Shown piece after piece: positions 53,711-64,000 of a stretch of DNA of 64,000 nucleotides (position 1 is the first letter of the stretch; each line of letters starts with the position of its first letter). The translations under genes were made by a program, and so were the position numbers. The notes under the pieces are model-generated. The model was not told the DNA's origin, ran no database searches, and saw nothing but the letters and a program-made list of their open reading frames with translations. Source of the stretch: Octopus vulgaris (taxonomy: Eukaryota); NCBI GenBank assembly GCA_951406725.2, contig OX597825.1:4898001-4962000 (forward strand), given 5' to 3'.

Positions 53711-55604
53711 CCACTTGTCATTGTGTCATCAACAAGCGAATATGAACGGGGCGTCTTAGATTGCTTTCCTTTGCTGCTCGTTTTTACTGGAAGATAAATA
53801 GAGAAATACCTCTATTTGCTTTTTGATGCAAAATGGTTTGGTGTTACTGCTGTATAAGGTTTAAGAATTGGAAGAACTGTTGGAATGTAGAAAAAATGTC
53901 TAGTTGTATTTCTTTCGGCTCTTTACGATCATATTTCAAAACCACCGAGCTCAACTTTGCTTTTTATCTTTCAGGATCAGTGAAGTAAAGAATCAGTATA
54001 GAGCGGTAAATTGACTCTCTGTAGTATATCCAAATTCTTATGCTCAGTGTTAGCGTTCTTTCGAGGTAAGTGTTGCTTTTCCTCCTTTCAGGATCGATAA
54101 GATAACTGCCAGAATTGGGAAAACTTTCCATCAGTCATGTCCTTGAAGTTCTACCGAGTTGAGAGTGTTGAGAGAACACCCGCATCTACACAATCACCTA
54201 AAGCAGAGAAATCACAATCATTACACTGTGTAACATGACCTTTGTCCTTGAGTAGCAATTGTTATTTCCTATTTGCTTACCCCTAGCAAGTATGAAAAAT
54301 GGCTAATGTTTCTTTCAAACTTAGCTTTTGTTACATTTATTCAAACCGCAAAGAATCCCCGTCAACACACGGCTATGATGTTCCCCCACTACTCTTGCTC
54401 ATAATCAGAGATATACATGTTGTCAGCCACTAAGGAACATGCTCATGTCGTTAAGGTCAAGCAACTGACCAGCGAATCTGAGGTATTGAGCAGAATATTT
54501 GTTATAACGATATTTCCGCTTCAGCAACTCAGCGCTGAAATATTAATGCTCAGGTCACGAAAGCAAAGTTTGAAAAGAATAGCAGTCATTTTCCTTGATT
54601 TCTAGATAGAAGCAAATAGAATATAATACTTACTGATCAAAGATAAAATAAAATAAAACATTTGTTCGACAGTTGTTGCCAAGACATATTCGATGGCAAG
54701 TGACAGCCGAGATGTAATTAGAAACAGTCTGACAATCTATAAAAGGGAAGTAGTTTCTGGTCTTCATGAGAAGACCTACGCTATTTTCTTCTTACCTTAT
54801 AGACCAGAGATCAGTAATAGGAGTTCTCTGTGAGTATTGGACTGTTTTTCAAAAGATGTAACACGTTTGTGGTTCATTGACCAGTTCATGGCTACAACAT
54901 ATCCTCTGTGCTAGGATTCTTTTTTTTATATTTTTTGCATGTATAACAGTGCCTTGATGGAAATGGTGTCTGCGGATACAGTGGGACATATTTCTCGTAA
55001 AATATATTGCATAATATACATCTGGACCTTGGGTACATGAAAGAATCCCTGTCATAGACGAGATGTGGCTTTTTTTTTCTGTTACGACAACACAATGTCA
55101 TTAGTATATGTCTACATTTTCCGAAAACCTGTTGTATTACTGATTTCGACATTTTGGCACAAAGCCAGCATTTCCGGAGAAGGGCAAGAGTTGATTATAT
55201 CAACCCCAACACTCAACTGGCACTTGGCACTTACTTTATATCAAGTTCGAAAGGACGAAGGGTAAGTCAAATTCAACGAAATTTGATCTCAGAACATAAA
55301 CGACGAAATACTGCAAAACATTTTGCCGAGCGCGCCAACGATTCCGCCAGCTCGCCGTTTTCAAAACTGTAAAAAAAAAAATTAGTCTTACTATTAGTGG
55401 AGATTATATAATAAGAATTCAACTAAAGGCTTAACTGTTAAAATGAATGCAGAAATAAATATGCTGATGAAGCCGGAATTAATGTAGTATCGTCACAATG
55501 AACAGTTTAGGTTAGGCTGACATTGATATCACATCGATCCATTAGCTTTTTTCTTACTTTTCGATTAACAGTAAAAATTCCACACTCACTACGTACATAA
55601 ATTC

Positions 55605-55995
55605 ATGCGCATATATATATATATATGTATGTATATGTATATATGTGTGTATGTGTGTGTATTATACATGGAAGCTTATATATATATATGTATGTATGTG
55701 TGTGTATATATATATATATATAATTATATATGCATGCCTGTAAATGTATATATATATATATATATTCATCTATATAAATGCTTGTATACATATGTATATA
55801 CGTGTGTGCGTGTGTGACTGTGTGTATGCATGTCTGTATATATATATATATATACATTTACAGGCATGCATATATAATTATATATATATATACACACACA
55901 TACATACATATATATATAAGCTTGCATGTATAATACACACACATACACACATATATACATATACATACATACATGTATATATATATATGCATATA
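55605..55995. repeat. Inverted duplication of a compound microsatellite region
   Basis: TATTATACATGGAAGCTT..GCATGCCTGTAAATG is mirrored by CATTTACAGGCATGC..AAGCTTGCATGTATAATA. Confidence 0.8.
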
Positions 55996-56356
55996 TACAA
56001 ACACACATATATATATATATACATATATAAACATGCATATATATACATGAACGTGTATACATATATACACATATATAACCATGCATATATATATATATGA
56101 ATGTGCGCGTGTGTGCGACTATGTCCATATATATATTCACTCATATATGTGTGTGTGTACATTGTGATATTCACACACATGTATGTGAATGTATGTATGG
56201 ATGGTTACATAATTACATTTCTGCTGTGAAAAAACATGACGCCATACACATCGTTCCGAGGAATAATAGTTGTAATAACAACGCAATCATTGGAGAATTT
56301 TTTAAAAAAAACTTGAAGATTAATGTGTTAAAGAGATTGAGCAACAATAGTAGAAT

Positions 56357-57048
<692 letters not shown>

Positions 57049-57559
57049 TACTTGATTTGTATGCCAATAATGTTATCCATTCATTCCTTCGATGACAAGG
57101 AAATAGTTAATGCTTAATTTTATCGCCTGAAAGAAACAAGTCTTGAGAAAAAAAAAAGATAAGTTGGGGGGGGGGGGGGGTGGCTCATCTCATTCATCGA
57201 AAGTAACAATTGCAGATACAACAGGAGGAAGAAGATATATAGGAGTCATTTAGCAACTGTTGCAGTATATTTCCTAATAAGACGACAGCTGAGTTTGTCA
57301 TATTAATAGGCGGGAAAAGAGAAAGAAAATAGAAAACTCACAATGTTGAAATGGTCAATTCATAAGACAAAAATGAACTTCAAGAAGTGAGGGAAACGTA
57401 CAATGACCTTTGAGTTTTTATATTGGTGCCAAATGAGTGCAGAAGAAAGTATAGTTTGAAAAATTAGCAAAGTAACATCTGACGTTGTCCTAGATGCTAG
57501 AAATAGCAGCCACATCTTTATAAAATCGAATGATGTCTTCAAAATGTGGGAATGATCGC

Positions 57560-58398
57560 AGTTGCTTGTGTGACATGGTGCAGAGTTCTATTGCCAAACA
57601 TAGGGTCTTCCAGCAGCCACCTCTTGACCCAGGGAAGCTCTCCCTCCTCCAGGCACTGGATGAAGAACTCCATGTTGAGTCTGAGATCGTGTGGGAAGAT
57701 AAATAGAGGCATAACCTCACCATCAATGGTGATCACTCCAAACACCATGATGTTGACTGGATGCTTGATGTTTATCACTCTCGGTACATGTTTTGGGGAC
57801 ACTGCAAGCTAATGGTTGTCCTTTGTGTTGGAGGGGATGCTGGAGTTTGTTCAAACATTTTGTAACGCAGTCTTTCCTCTTGTCCTTGATGGCTTGGGAT
57901 AAAAATTGGCCCTTTCTCATCTTGTATGAAGAATACAGAATGTCTTCATGCTCTACCTGCCTGATAAGTAACCCAGACAGTCCCATGTCCCTGGTGATGG
58001 ACCTGATTGACTTGTGAAGGGATCGTTGTCAATCATGGCCTGGATCTCACGAACAAATTCAGGAGTTCTTTTCTTATCAGAACGATCAGAGTCGGTTTTC
58101 CGAGCTGCCGTACCCTCCTAATCACCATTAGACTTTTTCCAAATCCTCTGCATTGTCCTCAGATTGACAACCAAACACTCTGAAATGTGCGTATTGGAAC
58201 TTCCGGCGTGAATGCCAAGCAATACAGTATGTCGTTTCCAAATTTCCGACAGAGTGAATTGCGTCATGGTGGTGTTTTTCTCACAGACGGTGCCCAACTG
58301 ACTCTACTAGACAGTGTAGTCGACAAAATGAAAAATAAACAATGCGCATCCGCGAAATTAAAGTCATAAAATGGCAACAATTTACCCATCGCACCCTG
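57560..58398 (-). mobile_element. Tc1/mariner-superfamily transposon relic (DD37D/maT-like), left end plus partial transposase
   Basis: TA|CAGGGTGCGATGGGTAAATTG terminus; HEDILYSSYKMRKGQFLS, KHPVNIMVFGVIT.DGEVMP, AGRPYVWQ.NSAPCHTS. Confidence 0.85.
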
Positions 58399-59804
58399 TA
58401 TATATGTTTGTTTATATTTAAAGTGAACAAACTATAGAAAGCTGTCTATTTTATTTTTGTGTTGAACTTGTTGAATGAATGTGATTTCATAACTGCTGTC
58501 TTTGTGCCTTTCATTGAATAGGTGATATTTCGGTGTGTACTCATTTTGCCATTCACATAAGAGTCCAAAATTGAGGACATTAGTGAATTCATACCACCTC
58601 GTCGATGGAGCGTTGTAATACTCATTATACTTATGTATATTAAGTCCTAGCAACAGATTATAACCAGTTATTATAATCAGTTGAACTAATAATCGAGTTA
58701 TCTTGGATCAGTGAGGAATGGTTCTACTCTGACAGAGCGGAACCATAAAATATTCATCCATGGAAATTATCTATCCACTCCCATACACATCCAAATATGC
58801 GCGTACATGTACAATACATTTACGAACGCAAACACATACACACAGAGATTATAGAAGACATAGGTACCAATTTGGAATAGAAGAGTTGTCTGACAAAACC
58901 CAAAATACATATCTGGAGTTTACCAGGCGAGCGATCATCGTACATGTTAACCGACAAACTTGCTTTTCGCTTTAAGTATTATAAATATTACTTGTTATGA
59001 ATAAATTAGTAAATACTTCTACCTCCACAAGTATTTTGTTATTATTAATGACTTCTGGTCAGACACCTCTCTCTAATATGAATATATAGTAGAAACTTGG
59101 TTATATTTCTGTTAGAGATACCCTTAAGAGATGTTAGATGTTATTACCTTCCAATATCGCCAGAAAGGAAAATCGCAGCAAATTTCAAGAGAATTGGTGA
59201 TGTTAATGAACAATAGCAAAGATGACAATAATAATATAAATATAAACTCGGCCACAAACGGTGTGGACTATTTTCCTAATGTCAAGCAACAAAGTTTCAC
59301 TATTAATTTCAACATTTATGGCGAGAATTAACTCCAAGAATATGAACAGTGTTAAACTAACCGAAAATATTTTGATACAACGCTCTATACTCGTTTATCG
59401 CGGTTGTTTGATTCAAAAAGGAAAAAAAGGAAAAGAAAAGAACAAGAGACATCACGATAAATGATTCAGAGATAAAAGAAAATATGGGGGAAATAGGTTT
59501 TGTTCCGAGACTCTAAGTTGTGCTGAGAATTATGAATAGTCGCTGGGGTGCACTTTGCGGTCGAAGCTCAATGTTTGACTAGTCGCCGACCCATTAGTTT
59601 GATTTAGGTTCAGCTTCATTGCGTCCACATTAAGTACAGGACATCACCAACGAGCGAAAACCAAGTAAACACACGAGAGATAAGTACAGGGCAAAATACA
59701 AACCAACACAAAATACGAAAAAAGACATCCACAACGGGTGAAAAATACGTAAACACAACGGGAGACGCGTTCGCGTACACACACACATAAATATATGGAT
59801 ATAC

Positions 59805-60042
59805 CTATTTCTATTTCTTTACTACCCACAAGGGGCTAAACACAGAGGAGACAAACAAGGACAGACAAACGGATTAAGTCGATTACATTGACCCCAGTGC
59901 GTAACTGGTACTTAATTTATCGACCTCGAAAGGATGAAAAGCAAAGTCGACCTCGGCGGAATTTGAACTCAGAACGTAACGGCAGACGAAATACGGCTAC
60001 TCATTTCGCCCGACGTGCTAACGTTTCTGCCAGCTCGCCGCC
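59805..60042 (-). mobile_element. SINE family B, full length
   Basis: Head GGCGGCGAGCTGGCAGAAACG through to tail AAAGAAATAG. Confidence 0.9.
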
Positions 60043-60476
60043 TTATATATGGATATATACATATATATAGGAAGAGAGGAGAGAGTTATCTACTGACACA
60101 TACATACATACGTGTGTACATACACACGCGTGTGTGTTTTGTGCGCATGCGTCTGATTGATTGATTATCAGCATGTGGTCTTTGAAGCGTATCATTGAGG
60201 TAGGAATGACTTTCGCATTTTTCATAACCCAGATCTCCGGGATATAAAATAAAGAATGTTCCTCAATTGTTGATGGATAATTCATATTTTGAAAATTAAA
60301 AGAATTAATTATTAACACCGAAACTCTGAATAAATACCAACATTATTATATGTATATATTTATACATTTATTTGAGAATTTAAGCCACACAAATCTAAAG
60401 GTCATCAATGACGTAAGCAGAAGAGTTTCCAATCCGGACTCCGATAGGGTCGCTTACAACATTAACGCTCCTTAAA

Positions 60477-60871
60477 TCTTTATCTATAAAGCTGAAGTTG
60501 TCTGTGTATGGCAGGTTTGGTAGCCTTCAACTAACTCTATCTCCTCCGAGACCCTGCGGCGCAAGTTGACCAAAATTGAGAGTATGATAGAAGGTTTGCT
60601 CTTCATTCCGCAGAAGAAAAAAGTCAAATCGGACCATGTTAAAACCAAAAATTATTTACGTCAAAAAGGTGCTTTTTTTTCAATGAAAACCCCTATTTTT
60701 TTACGATTTTTTGACTGCTGTGTCGTCATTTTTTGGTGTATTTCAACCAGAAAAATGTTCACTTAAAGAGAATAACAAGCTACATAATGCAAAATATTTA
60801 CTTTTCAAAAATTCCAATTCTAAAGGGTCGAAAAGAAAACAACCCCGAGTAACGCAGGGCTATACTGCTAG
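60477..60871 (+). mobile_element. Non-autonomous Helitron, complete
   Basis: A|TCTTTATCTATAAAGCTG 5' end, 3' subterminal hairpin CCCGAGTAACGCAGGG, terminal CTAG|T; inserted at an AT dinucleotide. Confidence 0.85.
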
Positions 60872-61034
60872 TTTTAAATATTTATATCTTACGTAGTCCG
60901 AGTTAAGATTTATAAGAGATAAGCAAAGGGACGCTGCCACAATCCTAGTTTCCCTAAAATTTGTGAAAGGATTATAGGGAACAATCAAATGCGGATCGTG
61001 CGATTCATTTTCATAAGAAGTTTAACTTTTCATC

Positions 61035-61230
61035 ATTTACTTGCTCCAATCATTGGACAGTGGCCATGCTGAGGCATCGCCTTCAAGGGATTTAGTCAAA
61101 CAAATCGACTCCAATGTCTATTATTTCAACGTCTGGTACTTATTCTATCAGTATCTTTTGCCGAACCACTACGTTATCGGGACCGTAAACACACTAACAG
61201 CAGCGGTGGGGGGACAAATATTCACATAGA
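61035..61230 (-). mobile_element. SINE family A, 3' half, diverged
   Basis: GGCCATGCTGAGGCATCGCC..TTTTGCCGAACC. Confidence 0.7.
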
Positions 61231-61957
61231 TACACACGCACACACTCACACACATACATATATATACACATACATATACATATATCACATGATTACCTGA
61301 TCGACCAGGCTATCAAATTTTGTTACACACCGCTGGTCACAATGCGTTTTTGCATTGTTTTAGACTTCAGATGACGCCACCCCATTCACCAGGCGACCAG
61401 GCCAACACAACCCTGTATAGAAATTCTTAAACATCAGCTGTTTTTCTTTTATTACATCATTTAGAGACAGTAAAATCTTTACTCACACAGACAGTATTTC
61501 ATGAATTATTGAAAAGCAAATTTCTGATTAGATTAGTTTCTGTACAAATTTTACGGTGCAACTTATCTGATATTTCTTTTTTTCTTTCTTTTGTTTTCGT
61601 GGCTACAAATCATTTAAATGTTTCTTCAGATCGAATAAAGTAAAGATTAAGACATTAAGTGTTAATAAACCGTTAATCTAACCACAAACCATTACAAGAC
61701 TTTTCAGCGCCGCCACCAACGAGGGATTTTTATTGTAATCTTTTTCTTTTTGTTTTCTTTCTTCGTCTGTAATTTATGGATAGAAAAGGGTTTTGTTTTT
61801 CGATTCCAATCCAAAGAAAGAAATATTTTCATATTTTGCATATTTGATGAGCGGCTAAGTAGTAGACTTATGATTGAACGGTTTATCATCATAATCATTA
61901 TCACCACCACCACAACCACCCCAAATTTTCAGGCTTTGTGCCTACAGTAGAAAGGAC

Positions 61958-61993
<36 letters not shown>

Positions 61994-61994
61994 G

Positions 61995-62038
<44 letters not shown>

Positions 62039-62072
62039 CATCATCATCATTATTATCATCATCATCATCATT

Positions 62073-62270
62073 AAGGCATGAGGACAAAAAGCTAAGCGGA
62101 ATTTCGTCCATCTTTACGTTCCAAGTTCAAAATCTCTCGAGGTCGACTTTGCCTTTCGTCGTTTCGAGGGATCGATAAAATATGTACAGGCTGAGCCCTG
62201 GGATCGATGTAATCCACTTTCGCACCATCACCCCCAAATTACTGGCCTTGTGCCAAAAATTTGAAATCCC
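62073..62270 (+). mobile_element. SINE family B, diverged
   Basis: GTTCAAA..GGTCGACTTTGCCTTTC..GGCCTTGTGCCAAAAATTTG. Confidence 0.7.
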
Positions 62271-62478
62271 TATTATTATTTGTCTTAAAAATTATTCCTC
62301 TCACAGTCATTGTCTGCTCTTTTGCGGCCTGGTAACCGTAACATTGTTAGAAACGGTATACTGTCGCGTTCGAGGCTAATTCCAGTAAAAGCGCCGATGG
62401 TAGAATAAGAATTAGATTCCTTAGCTAAAGAGAATGCGAAATGTTTATTCTCTTATCGACTTAATTACAATAACACTT

Positions 62479-62490
62479 GCCGCCATCTTG
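62479..62490. promoter_or_regulatory. YY1 consensus motif
   Basis: GCCGCCATCTTG (CAAGATGGCGGC) in unique AT-rich sequence; function unproven. Confidence 0.3.
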
Positions 62491-64000
62491 AAGCAGAGCC
62501 TACAATCCAAAATATTCGAGTGATTTTAAATGATCTTGTCTAGCTACTATTATATATCCATTATGAGGAAAGTCTTTTGTTGTTCTTGCAGTTGTCGCTA
62601 CTGTTTCTTTACAGGTGTCCATCTTAGCTTTAGTTTTCCGTTTTATCGAACAGGATAAAGCTGAAATGGATCTAAAGTTAATAACCTGCCAATCATTGAG
62701 CGACATTTGTATTCATATTATGAACTTCGCCAACCTACTTTCCTTTAAATACTGTTATTGATTCTTGTAGGGGAATTAACTAAATCTATATAATGTAGCC
62801 ATACAGAAGCGGTTTTGTATAGTCGGGCTACAAATGCTCCAAGGAAGCTACAATCGTTATAATCTTCAACCTCGCCTTATTTGAAAACGGTGACAGATTT
62901 CAAGTCTGTATAAAGAAAAAGGGTCGTATATTGTGTGAGAAAATGATGTCTGCAGCAACAATGACAATAATAATACACTAACAATTTGTTGTTGTTGTTG
63001 ATGATGAGGAGGAAAAGGATGATGATGATGATGATGATGATGACGACGATGATGATGGTGATGATGATGATGACGACGATGACGACGACGACGATGATGG
63101 TGATAACTGAACATAAATAAACGAAAGAAATACGGTAGGTATTTCCAACATTTTAACAATATTTTATGGCGTCTGATTTAAGCACAAGGCCAGGAAATTG
63201 TAGGGTTCCTTCGACACAGTCGACTCGATCCCACATATAAACCCAGGCACAGCAGAAAGGAATATGAAAGCAGCACATCACACACTATCAGAAATGAAAG
63301 GAAACTAAAGAAGAAGAAACAGACTGCGCCAAACCTAACACAGCAAACTCCAAATAACAGGAAAGACCTATTCTTAACAAAAATGAATGAATTTAGAAGC
63401 TTGAAGAATATGATCAACAAAATTGAATTAAAATTTGAAGAAATAAAGCATACATAAGGTAGACACACTGAAAACCAATAAAATATTGTACTCCATTAAA
63501 CAGCTCCAATCACAAAATTTAACCGAGCATCAGAAATAATTACAGCGCAAATAATGAAATTAATGTGACGTCCTTAAAGCAAATAAAATACACTTTATTA
63601 TGTATAACAGCAAGAGTACCGGACATGGTACTTAGGAAGAAAACTAATATACATAGACGCCTATATAGATACATACGTATGTATATACACAAATATATAC
63701 GAATCTATAGACACACATACATTCATACATACATACATTCATGTATATTAAGACGTGTATATTTTATATATATATATTCATATTTATATGTATATATATG
63801 CATATATAATCACGTGAATAAATATAAACAAGCAAACATTCGATTTGTTTATCTTTTATGAGCGCCGAAAGGTGTATATAGATACAAATAAGATAATATA
63901 TTTTCGAACGTAGAAACGCCGTTAGAACAGCAGAAACATTGGGTTAATTACCCTTACAATTATTTGTATATACATACATACATACATACATACATACATA

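Overview
AT-rich eukaryotic non-coding DNA saturated with microsatellites and transposon relics. The SINE families and repeat landscape look like an octopod cephalopod (Octopus-like); this is inferred from recalled family features, not from a search. I recognise no intact host protein-coding gene. Nearly all long ORFs in the track are translations of microsatellites or SINEs. Recognisable content: (1) many copies of two tRNA-derived SINE families plus rarer SINEs; (2) 3' fragments of restriction-like-endonuclease (RLE) non-LTR retrotransposons of R4/Dong type sitting in (TAA)n or (CATA)n tracts, and CRE-type fragments; (3) CR1-group and RTE LINE relics; (4) Tigger/pogo and Tc1/mariner transposase relics, a mariner-type MITE and two non-autonomous Helitrons; (5) a full-length 5S rRNA copy fused to a SINE/LINE 3' tail; (6) several type I hammerhead-ribozyme motifs, one downstream of a tRNA-like Pol III head. 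The best leads are the (CATA)n-associated RLE family, the 5S-headed chimeric retroposon and the tRNA-head/hammerhead element.
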